64,000 bases of DNA, from positions 1 through 64,000 of the IMG/VR virus record IMGVR_UViG_3300020156_000022; one strand, written 5' to 3'. This document shows, in pieces, positions 1 to 10,451 of the stretch (the first letter of the stretch is position 1; every line of letters begins with the position of its first letter). The notes below the pieces were generated by a model, which made no database searches, was not told where the DNA came from, and saw nothing but the letters and a program-made list of their open reading frames with translations. This DNA is from a virus. Position numbers and translations under genes: made by a program.

Positions 1-49
1 GTCTCTTCGATGATCATTGCGATGCCTTCCGTTGAAATATTCTGGCGTT

Positions 50-78
50 AGCCTATCAAGCAAAGCTAGGGTTGTCAA
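50..78 (-). promoter_or_regulatory. sigma70/HrdB-type promoter (first of >25 similar minus-strand promoters)
   Basis: Minus strand TTGACA-N17-TAGGCT. Same geometry at 1849-1877, 2362-2390, 3173-3201, 3968-3996, 6516-6544, 7632-7660, 7780-7808, 8456-8484, 8747-8775, 11655-11683, 13565-13593, 25096-25124, 26679-26707, 27673-27701, 28983-29011, 35336-35364, 36255-36283, 37311-37339, 44071-44099, 44352-44380, 48437-48465, 48633-48661, 52107-52135, 55044-55072, 56246-56274. Confidence 0.9.
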
Positions 79-144
79 CTGCCAATCTCGTGATCACTCG
101 TAGATCAGTCCTCAACTAGCAATATAACAACCCTAGCATAGGTC

Positions 145-468
145 TTACAGGTCCGCAACCAACATGATCAGCTCATCAATATCTGATTCGATCAGCCATC
201 CTCGCACGTCGTCAAACTCAAACCCTGGCAAATGCTCGGTACGGCCGATGAAATCCCAATCACGCCACTCATTGCTGTTGAACCGAATAGCTGCGGCTTC
301 CCACTGCCCAGAAGCAGAGCCGTAACTGTACATGTGACGAACAATAGACAAGCCGTAACCATTCGGGAATCGAATGTAGACCTGCACACCATCGTGCAAC
401 GGCTTGACCAGGTAAGAAAAGTCTTCAGGCAACGTCAACGAACTGTCGAAAACTTCAAGATCAGACAT
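145..468 (-). CDS. hypothetical phage protein
   Basis: 107 aa ORF with RBS; FPNGYGLSIVR..SYG motif is common in small phage proteins. Confidence 0.7.
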   Translation of the reverse strand: MSDLEVFDSSLTLPEDFSYLVKPLHDGVQVYIRFPNGYGLSIVRHMYSYGSASGQWEAAAIRFNSNEWRDWDFIGRTEHLPGFEFDDVRGWLIESDIDELIMLVADL

Positions 469-494
469 TGTGTTTCCCTTTGTTTGTTTTATGG

Positions 495-698
495 CTACTC
501 TACGGTGACAGTCTGCATGGTAACTCGCAGAAGGTGATCGTAGTCACCTGACATAGCCTCATTCATGTACTCGTCCACCGCATCACCATGACCTGCACTA
601 CGCAGTGCTGCGGCAACCTTTCCCAGAATAGAGAAGGCATTACCATCCTGCCCAACAAGAGTAACAACAACATCAGGATACTTAATATCAGAAGTCAT
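495..698 (-). CDS. conserved small phage protein
   Basis: LVGQDGNAFSILG...AMSGDYDHLL motif; likely start MTSDIK after GAAAAGGAAAG. Confidence 0.7.
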   Translation of the reverse strand: MTSDIKYPDVVVTLVGQDGNAFSILGKVAAALRSAGHGDAVDEYMNEAMSGDYDHLLRVTMQTVTVE

Positions 699-884
699 TG
701 AGCTTTCCTTTTCTATCAGTATCGAGTGTAGGTAATACGGAACAGACTTCCAATAATCAAAAGCAGATATGCCCACCAAGGGAAGTCTACCGCATCGGAA
801 ACAAGATCCATAATCAATACAGTAGGGACAGCGAAAGTGTAAACACTAATCTTCAATTGAGAAACTTTCTTTAGAAATTAAGAA

Positions 885-1135
885 GGGTAGGTAAGAAACT
901 CGTCAAGTGCCGTACTTGAGTCTTTATCTCTTACCTACCCTGAAGCTTACTACATCTCCCAACGGCCCGCAAGGGCTTCCCGGACGTTCTGGCGTTCACG
1001 TCGTCGTGACTGACGACGATCCTTAGTCCTGCCCTTACCGTTGTCAGCGTGCTCAAAGCAGCAACCACACGCGAATCGGTGCGCATTGAGGTCACGGGAC
1101 AACATCTTTCCGTTGCGCATAGCATCCCCTATGGT
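885..1135 (-). ncRNA. candidate multi-helix structured ncRNA ending in a long terminator-like hairpin
   Basis: No credible ORF; nested helices CAACGGU-AAGGGC/GCCCUU-GCCGUUG, CGUCGUC/GACGACG, UGCGCA/UGCGCA, CAUAG/CUAUG; 12-bp closing hairpin at 885-940. Confidence 0.5.
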
Positions 1136-1354
1136 GTTGTCAGGTCTTGCTTATTTCTGAGCGTAGCTTATCAAGCGAACTAGGCTCTGTCAACCCCACG
1201 ATGTAAAGGTTCGCCTGATCGATGGCGCGGAAAATATCACTAGGCGTTAGCTTAACATATGTCAACGGTCCTAGCAAAATGAAATCATTATCTGTTTCTG
1301 CTACGATAGTCCATTCACCGCACGTGTAACGATTACCTGCGGGTATCCACTCCA

Positions 1355-1810
1355 TTAGGATTCACCACATCCCAGATCAATGATGTAAACCGTACCGTTT
1401 GGAGAAATTAGAACATTCTCACTGTGCAAATCACCAATAGGAATATCTTTTACTGCTTCTGCCCAACAAACATCTTTGCCAGGGCAACTATCTACATGCT
1501 CCGTACGATAACATTCGTTGTCTGGGTGCTTACCCTTAACGTATTCAGCAGCAATAACATTACCTTCAAGCAAATACATTTCAGGAAACTTCACGTTTTC
1601 GGGCAACTCAATCTGAGAGTATCGCTTGTAAGTTTCCCACTCCCACAAATTAGTACCAACACTATTATGTGTGTGGGAATCTACCTTGTAGACCCACCGC
1701 CCACTACGCAGACGATATACGGTTCGGTATTCCCCTTCACCAATGATCTTGCCGTTAGCAAAAGCATACATAGCTTTGCGAAGTGTAGGGAAGCCCTCCA
1801 TGCGAGCCAT
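1355..1810 (-). CDS. minimal protein-kinase-like enzyme
   Basis: IGEGEYRTVY Gly loop, VYK lysine, DLHSENV catalytic loop, IIDLG metal-binding motif. Confidence 0.75.
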   Translation of the reverse strand: MARMEGFPTLRKAMYAFANGKIIGEGEYRTVYRLRSGRWVYKVDSHTHNSVGTNLWEWETYKRYSQIELPENVKFPEMYLLEGNVIAAEYVKGKHPDNECYRTEHVDSCPGKDVCWAEAVKDIPIGDLHSENVLISPNGTVYIIDLGCGES

Positions 1811-2126
1811 AAGGTTACTCCTTAGTTCTTGCTTGCTGTGTTGCCTAGAGCCTATCAGACTTCAACAAGGTTGTCAACGCTTACGACTAGCCTTAAGAGA
1901 CTGCTCATACTCAGCAAGATCCTTAGGACGTTGAGACTTACTGGCGTAGCCTTGTTTCAAATACTTAGGGGTGCGCAGTCTAGAATCTTTCGAAGTTACC
2001 CCCGCAAGATCTGTGTCTCTACCTGTAGTTGCATGACGCTTTCCCATTTTCGATTAAACCTTTCTATTGTTGAATTACTGTTGACCGATAAGGCAGTCAC
2101 ACCATACTACATTCAGATCCATAAAA

Positions 2127-2216
2127 GCGAGGCAGCAGGATTCGAACCTACGATTTCCAAGGAGCTAGTGCCCTAGCTTATCCTTGACGCATTAAACCTA
2201 TAATGCTATTGCCCCA
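2127..2216 (-). ncRNA. tRNA-like RNA with anticodon arm replaced by a long GNRA-capped hairpin
   Basis: GGGGCA/UGCCUC acceptor, GCAU/AUGC D-arm, CAAGG-AGCUAG-GGCA-CUAGCU-CCUUG arm, GUAGG-UUCGAAU-CCUGC T-arm. Confidence 0.7.
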
Positions 2217-3221
2217 CGCACGGACTATTAGGTACCTAATAGTACTGGCGAGTCTCTAGAGTAGCTTTTTGGGAGGGACCGCTACTTTACCCCGCCGTCG
2301 GATTTGCCGTCTGCAACGATAGGCTCCCCGGACCGTTCCTGCCCCTTGCCTTATGTTTGCTAGCCTACGGCTAACCTATCAGCTTGTCAAGTACTAGGTT
2401 TAAGCAGCTTCGATTTCGTACTGAAACAGAGGAAAACCTCCAAGACGTGCATTTACCTTAGATACTACCTCGTTACTACCATCATCATCAAGTCTGACAA
2501 AATAGTCAAAAAAGGCATCATCGCCAGGCATGACCATGACTATAGTACCCTTAGTGCCAGCGGCAACAATACCAGGTTCATTGTCAAAGTCCTTCACCAG
2601 CTTAACTCGATCACCTTCTGTAAACATACTAGCTCCCTTATTGTCAATGACCTTGGGTGCACTTATTGTTGATTACAGCATTGCCACATACATAACAGTG
2701 ACTTTCAGGAATGTTACTTTCCATATTCACTTATCCTCATGTTTCAGGATTGATTGATGATTTTGTCGAGACCTTTAGCGTAAATGAATCGTGGCCCAAT
2801 TTCCGTAACCATACGATTTTCACGGTCTTCAAGAATTGATACCAGCTGCTCAAACTCATTCTCGCTGAGAAAGAAACTGATGTCCGCATCCTCAAGAATT
2901 TCGCGGATGGTAGGGATGTCTTCCGGCTTAGTCATTTTAGGTCTCTTTCTTTAAGTTGAGGCAAGCCTATCAGACCTGCCTCATGCTCGTCAAGACTTCT
3001 GCTTAGCCGCTTTGATCTGTGTGATGATCTCCGTCTGAATTTCCTTCGTGCGGTTTGAACCCTTTAGGCGACGCATAGCTGCGCGCTGCTCCCACTCAGA
3101 CTCTAAAGTTTCTGCTCGCTCTGCCAATGTCCACTTAGCCATGATTACCTCCTAGGTTGTCTTGTTCCTTCCACCCTACAGAAAAGAGGCAGGAGTGTCA
3201 ACCCCTGCCTCTTTCAAATAT

Positions 3222-3929
3222 TTACTTGGTTAGCTCACGGTGAGCATGGACAGCCATAGCTACCAATTCCTCTAGGGTGAGGGTCTGCTCATAGGTGTAA
3301 TTGGTACGTGCAAGCTTTACCGTAGCTCCGATGATGTCGGAGGTTGGCTTATCAGAAGCCATAGTTAGCTGCATAGAACGATAAATGTAATTGTAAGCTG
3401 AGTAATCAACATACCGAACATGCCCGTCTGTATCGATCTTACGAACACAACGACCATTACCAGCTGAGTCAATAAACTTACCAGCATAACTCTTATCAAT
3501 TTCGTTATAATTGTTTTGGTAGCAATAGGTGCCTACATATTCAGTAGAGAAACCGACTCCGGCTAGCATATTTGCAACCTGACGCTTTGCCGTAAGAACA
3601 GTTTCGCCAGTACAGACAAAGTCATCAACCAAAATCCAGCGCTTACCGATAGTGCCTCTGCCGAACTGCCCACAACTGTAGGAATCATGACTGCGCACAT
3701 CAGGCTTTCGCAGCGCAAGAAAAGGCACATCAAAATGACGGGCCAAAATTGGCAGGACCAATACACCAGACAGGCCAATTGCAACCATGCTGTCAAACTC
3801 AACACCAAGCCCCACCAGTTGAGTTTCCGCAGCAATACAAATCTTTTCCGCATCACCAAACGCTGCTTTGAAGTAGCCACCATCAACGGTGAAAAAATCT
3901 TTGGTCTTTGGGGAAGACGTAGTGGACAT
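3222..3929 (-). CDS. type I phosphoribosyltransferase-family protein
   Basis: PRPP-binding motif WILVDDFVCTGET; GLSG loop; LRK. Confidence 0.8.
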   Translation of the reverse strand: MSTTSSPKTKDFFTVDGGYFKAAFGDAEKICIAAETQLVGLGVEFDSMVAIGLSGVLVLPILARHFDVPFLALRKPDVRSHDSYSCGQFGRGTIGKRWILVDDFVCTGETVLTAKRQVANMLAGVGFSTEYVGTYCYQNNYNEIDKSYAGKFIDSAGNGRCVRKIDTDGHVRYVDYSAYNYIYRSMQLTMASDKPTSDIIGATVKLARTNYTYEQTLTLEELVAMAVHAHRELTK

Positions 3930-4543
3930 AGAGATTACCTTTCTGGGATCAACTTTGTTGTGGCTAGAGCCTATCAGACCTTCTCAACTACGTCAAGCTC
4001 GATTTAGTCCAGAGATTACCAAAACAAGAACTACGTATCCTACAGCAATAACTACCGCTCTGATAAATGCCCTCATTCCATGACCATACTTAAAGTAGTA
4101 TACATTGATGAAATAGTTAAGGAAGATCGATATAGCCGAACCAACAATAAGTCCTGTCAACATGGCTCCTACCTTAACAAAGTCATTCAAGCATGTCAAG
4201 CTCGCTAGCGAAGAAACCTAGTTCATCTTTCTCTCCGTCTAGCACAACCACACAGAAACCGCCTCTACGGCTTTTTAAGCGTCCCTTACGGCCTCGCCAC
4301 ATGTCACCCCCACCATGGAAAGATCTTGGGTTAGAGATGACTACAGCAGCACCACGGACTAGCTTAGATCGATCGGTCATCCTGCTTTGCTCCCGATAAC
4401 AGAGATCCACACTTTTACAATAGCAACAATAAGGCACAAAACAATAATGGGTATGAGATAGACAACCAACCTTAGCACACTAGGCACTAATGAAAGTATC
4501 CATCCCATACCCATTAAAGGTACCAGAAGGTACGGTTTCCGCA

Positions 4544-4906
4544 TTAGAGACTGTCGATTACCTTGAGCGCGCTCTTAAGTTCAGCGAGTCGAGACTCAAG
4601 TCGAGCAATTTCATTGAGAATCTGCTCACGCGGGCCACCAGCGGCATTGCTAAAAAGCTTATCCATTTCAGTTTCGTCGAGATTAGACACTACTGAAAGC
4701 TCAGGCTTAACAACCTTCCAAGCCCAGCGGCTCGCCCAAACAAGTCCATCCTTGCCACGGTAAGGCTCACCAACACCTACAGGATAACGAACACCGACTG
4801 AGGCCGCGTCGGTAGCTGCCTCAACAACACCCACATAATCATAAAGATCTTCGCGAGTATTACCAACATAAAGAACTTTCGTGCCGAGAATGTCTTCGTT
4901 AGACAT
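4544..4906 (-). CDS. hypothetical protein with C-terminal coiled coil
   Basis: 120 aa ORF packed against neighbouring genes. Confidence 0.6.
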   Translation of the reverse strand: MSNEDILGTKVLYVGNTREDLYDYVGVVEAATDAASVGVRYPVGVGEPYRGKDGLVWASRWAWKVVKPELSVVSNLDETEMDKLFSNAAGGPREQILNEIARLESRLAELKSALKVIDSL

Positions 4907-4909
4907 TTC

Positions 4910-5155
4910 CTAACCTCTCATTCGCTGAATAAGGCGATTGCTTTTGATTCCAGTACGTGGTCTGTTCAAATAGCTGTCGTTGAAGTCTGAAGGCTTAAGC
5001 TGTCTGCCGATCCTTGTCTCAACGTGTTGTACGCAGAGCATACCAACCTTGCCTAGCCCTGTCAAGCTCCATGTCGAGTCGATCAGCATGTAAAGCTCAC
5101 CCTGTCTAGCAGTATCAACGCCACAGTCAAGGCAAAGAAATTTTTTACGACTCAT
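4910..5155 (-). CDS. small Zn-binding phage protein
   Basis: CLDC...YM...W...LCVQHVETRIGR. Confidence 0.65.
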   Translation of the reverse strand: MSRKKFLCLDCGVDTARQGELYMLIDSTWSLTGLGKVGMLCVQHVETRIGRQLKPSDFNDSYLNRPRTGIKSNRLIQRMRG

Positions 5156-5425
5156 TTCTTTACGATCTTACGAGCTATGTCGAATGCCTTGCCAAAAGCC
5201 TTACGCTCCTTATCAAGGCATTCAGCACATCTAATCTCGTGCCATCCATTAAGTTCCGTACCTGGCTTACAGCCGCAATCTGGCATTCTAGTTCACCTCA
5301 AATAGATAATTTCTTTTGCTTCGGCGAATTTCACCAGTAGTTATACCATAGTCAAGGCAGAGAAACTTTTTACGGCTTATTGATTCTCTCCCAAGCTGCC
5401 TGCACTTCGCGAGCAATTTTTATTC

Positions 5426-5776
5426 CTAGCTAGGAAGTGCTCCCTGCCGGAAAGCCTTACGATAGCGTTGCCTCTGACGTGCCGACATTTTACCACCATT
5501 TCGATCTGCTGCATAGATTTCAGCCTTACGTTCTAGAGTTTGCTTGAAAGGAACCTTAGAATTCTGGCTAGCGGCAACGCCTCGCATCCTACGAGCATCC
5601 TTAGCGTTGCGAATAGCTGCCTTAATGGCCTCTACGACAGATTCTACCTTAGCAGGCTTATCATCGGCGCTAAGAGCTTCGATAAGCTGAGCCTTATTCA
5701 AGGAGCTGTAGCCCTTGATCTTACGATCCTTAGCAACAGCCTTGAGTTCTGGGAGCTTCATTTCGTTGTAATTCAT
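5426..5776 (-). CDS. Rho N-terminal-like (HeH) domain basic protein
   Basis: MKLPELKAVAKDRKIKGYSSLNKAQLIEAL. Confidence 0.75.
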   Translation of the reverse strand: MNYNEMKLPELKAVAKDRKIKGYSSLNKAQLIEALSADDKPAKVESVVEAIKAAIRNAKDARRMRGVAASQNSKVPFKQTLERKAEIYAADRNGGKMSARQRQRYRKAFRQGALPS

Positions 5777-6201
5777 TTACTTACCCTTCTTAGGCTTTTT
5801 ATCAGTCCCAGCGCTACCCTTATATGGGTTACCACCGCGATCAGAAGACTTATTGCGGTTTTCGGCTTGGTTAATCCTGCCTCCACCACCTTTTTCGCCT
5901 TCTTTGCGTTGCTTAGGAATCTTCTTATCTTCTGCCATAGGTTTATCCTCCCACCTGTCAGGAAATGTCTGTTGCCCTTATGTCAACTTTTGCCCTGAGC
6001 TACACTATCCCAGTAGTCGGTACATATTCAGGTGGTAGCTTGCTCCCAAAAGGCTACAAGTTTTCGGATTAAAATTTAGGGGTGCAGGCCACGGATCTAG
6101 ACATCATCCTAAAAAGGAATCCGCTCCCCCGCCTGCTCTGCCAGAGCTTGCGGATGTCTCATGGACAACTCTCTCACTCAGCAGCTTGGATCAGTCTAGC
6201 A

Positions 6202-6342
6202 TTAAACCTTCATCAGGTCCAGGGTATCCGCGAAGTCGATCTCCATTTCATCGAGCATATCCGAAAGGATCTTCTCGGTGATCAGGTCGCGCTCACGGTG
6301 AGCCTGGAAAAGTGCATTAAGGATGTCGATGTAAGAACGCAT
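6202..6342 (-). CDS. 46 aa acidic protein (below ORF-track cutoff)
   Basis: AGGAGG RBS, then MRSYIDILNALFQAHRERDLITEKILSDMLDEMEIDFADTLDLMKV. Confidence 0.65.
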   Translation of the reverse strand: MRSYIDILNALFQAHRERDLITEKILSDMLDEMEIDFADTLDLMKV

Positions 6343-6401
6343 TGTAAATACCTCCTAGAATACAACCCTGATTGGATACTGACCAGTCGTGAGACTGTCA
6401 T

Positions 6402-6490
6402 TGCAACCCTACTAGGTTTCGAACCTAGCCTATCGCTGGTCTCCGTCAGTCAACGGTGCGATGTTCCATCCAGGAATACTATAGGGTTGC
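6402..6490 (-). ncRNA. tRNA-like RNA with extended, interrupted anticodon arm
   Basis: GCAACCCUA/UAGGGUUGC acceptor, UUCC/GGAA D-arm, AUCGC..CGU-UGACUG-ACG..GCGAU arm, CUAGG-UUCGAAA-CCUAG T-arm; own promoter at 6516-6544. Confidence 0.7.
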
Positions 6491-6930
6491 CCCGAACTTT
6501 CTCGGGGATGTTGCTAGTCTAGTACATCATCTTGCGAGTGTCAATACTTGTCTGGACGCTTACGCTTAGCCTTCTCAGGTGCAGCATTGATAGCATGATT
6601 TTCCTTGCGCTTCAAATCTGCTTTTAGCTTTGCTGCCTTACGTTCCGCAATACGATTTTCTACTCGTTTAGCTTTATCGCTCATTACTTGCTAACTTCCT
6701 TAAGAAGGCTGGTAAGGAAAGACAAAGCAAACGTAATAACTAGTGGGAAGAAAACAATCTTAGCGGAAGCGGTAAAATCAATTAGGGGAACGAAGTCCCA
6801 CCAATGCGTATGCGCCATATTGATGAAAGCCATAAGTGAAAGGGCGCTCCCGCCCCAAATAAGAGCAAAGACAAAAATGAAGCCAATTGCTAACATAAGG
6901 AATCAATTCTCAATTCTGTAGTAAATTATA

Positions 6931-6972
6931 TAGGAGAGGTACCTGACTTAATAACCGGGTACCTCTCCTATA
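6931..6972. terminator. long intergenic hairpin downstream of lsr2
   Basis: TAGGAGAGGTACC ... GGTACCTCTCCTA inverted repeat. Confidence 0.6.
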
Positions 6973-6977
6973 AGATA

Positions 6978-7577
6978 TTACTCGCTGTCAGTCTTCTCGT
7001 CAACCTTGGACTTAAGCTCGTTCAGAGTAACCTCGCTACCCTCAGCCTCAATCTCGGCCATCAGCTCAAGAATGTCCTCATCAGAGAGGTTAGTCTCGTC
7101 GGTTACCTCTCGCATTGCAGCAGTGTTGCCCGTAACCTCATCAAGCAGCTCATCAACCTGAGCCTGCTCAGCGGTAATCTGCTGCGTTACAAGTTCATCG
7201 CCAGCAGCCTGAGCATCCGTGTCAGGGTTGGCAATGGCCTTCTGCGCACTATGGTAAGCCTCAACAATATCGGCCTTGATTCGGCCACGGTCACCAACAT
7301 CATAACCATTAGCCTTAGCCCACTCACGAACCTTAGCAAGCTCACCAGAAGCCTTGGGAGCGCTCTTTGCAGGGTTAACAACCTCAACGGTGCGGGAAGC
7401 GGCAACATACTTAGCCAGCTTCTCAAGGTGGTTAGCGAAGTGCTTACGGTTCGCCTCACCAAGCTCAATCTCTCGCTTCTGACCGTTCGTAGGATCGAAG
7501 AAGACAACAGTCTCAACGCCATTCTGAATCCGCTCATCCAGCGAATCGGTCAGGATGGTGGTAGTAACAGTAGCCAT
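6978..7577 (-). CDS. lsr2: Lsr2-like nucleoid-associated protein with acidic C-terminal extension
   Basis: VREWAKANGYDVGDRGRIKADIVEAY DNA-binding domain with RGR hook; N-terminal DSLD...REIEL dimerisation-like domain. Confidence 0.85.
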   Translation of the reverse strand: MATVTTTILTDSLDERIQNGVETVVFFDPTNGQKREIELGEANRKHFANHLEKLAKYVAASRTVEVVNPAKSAPKASGELAKVREWAKANGYDVGDRGRIKADIVEAYHSAQKAIANPDTDAQAAGDELVTQQITAEQAQVDELLDEVTGNTAAMREVTDETNLSDEDILELMAEIEAEGSEVTLNELKSKVDEKTDSE

Positions 7578-7663
7578 AGTGTGATCTTACCTTTCAGGTT
7601 GTGGAGCATTGTTGCTCCGTTGATGGGTAGAACATTACTCGAAAATTTCTTGGCTGTCAAGTT

Positions 7664-7773
7664 GCCCGGTCTGACTAGTTTACCAGACTGTAATCAGCGC
7701 AGCACGGTCTCGGCTACCCACACGATAAGGCTTTCGCCCAGGTGGACCCCACGGTTTAGCTGACTAGCGGGCA
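7664..7773 (-). ncRNA. candidate stand-alone structured small RNA between two promoters
   Basis: GCCCG/CGGGC closing stem, AGUCAGC/GCUGAUU, GGC-GAAA-GCC, GUCUG/CAGAC; promoter at 7780-7808 upstream. Confidence 0.5.
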
Positions 7774-10076
7774 ACTTGAAACTTACTAGGTCTTACTCAG
7801 TTTGTCAAGCTCGCTTCGCATTGACAGATTCAATATAGAGCTGCACTCTGGACTTGAATGGTTGACTGAGATACTCATCTCGCCGCTCAAGATGGGTGCT
7901 TGTCGGCTTTCCATAGTTATGCACAGTAATACTGAAACACCTTTGCCCCGGCTGTGCACCACACTTAGGACAAACTCTCATGCTTTTACCAGGAGTGGCA
8001 AGTGCCTTTACAGCCTTAGCTCTTGACTTAGCTTGCACGAAGATCTATCCCTTCAAATAAAACGGGCAGGTATGGTGATCATCTGCTTCTCTGTCTTTCG
8101 ACTCCACATACTACCATACCTGCCCGGGGCACTACAATATGTCAAGACATTCTGTAGTGCCCAACCCTATCAGAATACCTGGTCTTACATCTCAGATGCG
8201 AGCTTACAACCATTGCTCCAAGTATACACAAGGTTAATACCAACCTTCTGCTCAAGCTCTAGGCAACTGCGCCGCTCATAATTAGCATCGATACAGCCAA
8301 TTATTAAACCACCAACAATTACACCAAGAATCCATCCTACGACTGCTGCAAAAAACCTATCCGGCATAAAGACCCTTTCATAGGAGTTTGGTCTCAGCAA
8401 GTCAAGTTGTGTTAGCCCTGACTGTTCAGGTTACGTCTGCCTGCTGATGAAAACTACCTTACTAGGTCGTTGCCCGGCTGTCAAGACTGAATCTCGTCAA
8501 AATCTAGCAGGATGACAGTATGGCAACGCCAATACCTAGGATTCATAGCTGCCATGAAGGCAGACAGCTTGGTCGGATAGTAGTCATAAAAACTGACATC
8601 GTTCGAGCTGTGATAGACCACATAGCGAAAACGAGTCGGCTTTTTCTGATTCCTACGCATCGCACTGATCTGCTGGGAAACAAGATCCTTCGTCATAATT
8701 ATCCTCTCAAAGGAAAAGTCCCTGCCAACATCTGCTGACAGGGACTAACTTACCAGGAACAGCTCAGGCTGTCAACCGTGACGAGCTTTGCGGAACAGCC
8801 ACATAATGCCAACAATAATCAGAGCAATTCCGAGGATGTTTGGCGGTATAAGCTCAAAAGCAGCCTGGATAGCATTGAACAATGTAGCAACTAAGTCAGA
8901 AATGCCGTTGAATGCACTCTCGACATCCTTGTTTTCCATTGTGATCCTTTCAGTATTAGGTAGAATTACATCGGGCGAGCGGCGCATAAACACTCTTTCG
9001 CTTAAACCTGCACTCTTACCTAGTGTTAGGCCCGAATTGCAATGGGGGTGAGTTACTCCCAATCAACAATAAGATTCATAACTCACCCCCATTCTTTATT
9101 TAGCTTTAGGTCCACTACATGCGTGGCCGAATGGACCTATTTCTTTGCCGCATACACTACAGTGTCGTGGGCTATGAGCAATTAGCTCCACATGCTCCTA
9201 CCCTTACGGGGTTCAGGAGCCTTACCTACACCCTGAGCACCCTTGCGACCGTTCTTAAGGTCAGAAAGTCCAGCGCGGATATCGCCACCACGCTTTACCT
9301 CTCCTCGTGCACGACGCTTCAGGTCTTCGATTTCCTTCTTAGACTTACCCTTTAGGGCACGAGGATTACCTAGAAGCTCCTCAGCCTCAGATAGACTGAG
9401 AGAATCCTTCTTGCCACCAAAAAGACCCATTACTTAGCTACTCCTTAGTTTTTCTCTGCATTTGCCCGACGGGCACGATTGATTGCTACATTCTCTCGTG
9501 CTGCGAGAATTCGCTTCAGTTTAGCACGATCAGCCGCAATAGCCTCAGGTTGAGACTGGCCGTAGGTCTTGCCACCACACATAGAGCACATGAGATTGTT
9601 CTCCTCGGGTTGATTATGTCTTGGTTAGTCTAGCAGAGCTACAACCAAGATCACAACACTACCGACAAGTAGATAGTACCAAAGATCAAGGTGACACTAA
9701 AACAGAAACTTACCAAAGTGCTGATGGACATGAACTTATATGCATTGGTGTAATAGTCAATAATAGGAATTATTGTCGTTACTAGCCAGCCACAAAGAAT
9801 AATAAGGAGCACAGGAAGGTTAGACATAGCGTTACCCTTTCTTTTTCTTAGCTTCAGTAAAGATTCGGACGCTGCCGATTTGCTCAACAAATTCGTCAAT
9901 CTCATCAACAGAAACTTCAGAATCGAGAATAAGAGGGTCACCTACACGCATAACCTTAATTACAGACCCAGCTAGATACGGCTTACCGACTTCATAAGTA
10001 CGGCCATCCATTCCAACTACTGTATAAATACGCATCAGATCCCCTCCTTCGTTGTTAACGTGAAGTAACTCTAGCA

Positions 10077-10451
10077 TTACTCGAAGGGGCTGTCAAGTAG
10101 GTCTGTCAACCTAACAGGATCAGGCTCAGGAGCTAACCCATAGCGTACACGCTTAGCATCTCGCTCGCAAGCCCTACACCTACGATGCAGATACCCGTCC
10201 TGTTCTTCCAGGCGAACATTATCCCCTGAATACGGGTGATTCCTAGGGCAGACAGGCTTTAGGTTGTTGCTGCTACGTAATAATTGCTCTAATGATTTAA
10301 CAGGAGGCTTTTTATGTTCATAAGAAACTCCCATTCTTTTATTCTGCGTATACCTTTTTTGAGCTTCGGCATGGCAAGGGCGACAATATGAGAATTTGCC
10401 TTTAACATATCTATCAAAGGCACCACACTGCTTGCAAGGTTCATCTCTCAT
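10077..10451 (-). CDS. Zn-finger protein (HNH-associated CxxGH-type motif)
   Basis: CKQC, CRPC, CPRNHPYSGDN...RRCRAC. Confidence 0.65.
   Translation of the reverse strand: MRDEPCKQCGAFDRYVKGKFSYCRPCHAEAQKRYTQNKRMGVSYEHKKPPVKSLEQLLRSSNNLKPVCPRNHPYSGDNVRLEEQDGYLHRRCRACERDAKRVRYGLAPEPDPVRLTDLLDSPFE

Noticed and set aside
887-938. 9-nt match GTAGGTAAG between the 885-940 hairpin and the dispersed repeat
   Set aside because: Too short to distinguish from chance and sequestered in a stem.
2127-2216. tmRNA (starts GGGGC)
   Set aside because: Only about 90 nt, has a real D-stem, and has no tag reading frame or pseudoknots.
8417-8455. Hammerhead ribozyme (CTGATGA on the plus strand)
   Set aside because: No stem II followed by GAAA, and no stems I/III in the required arrangement.
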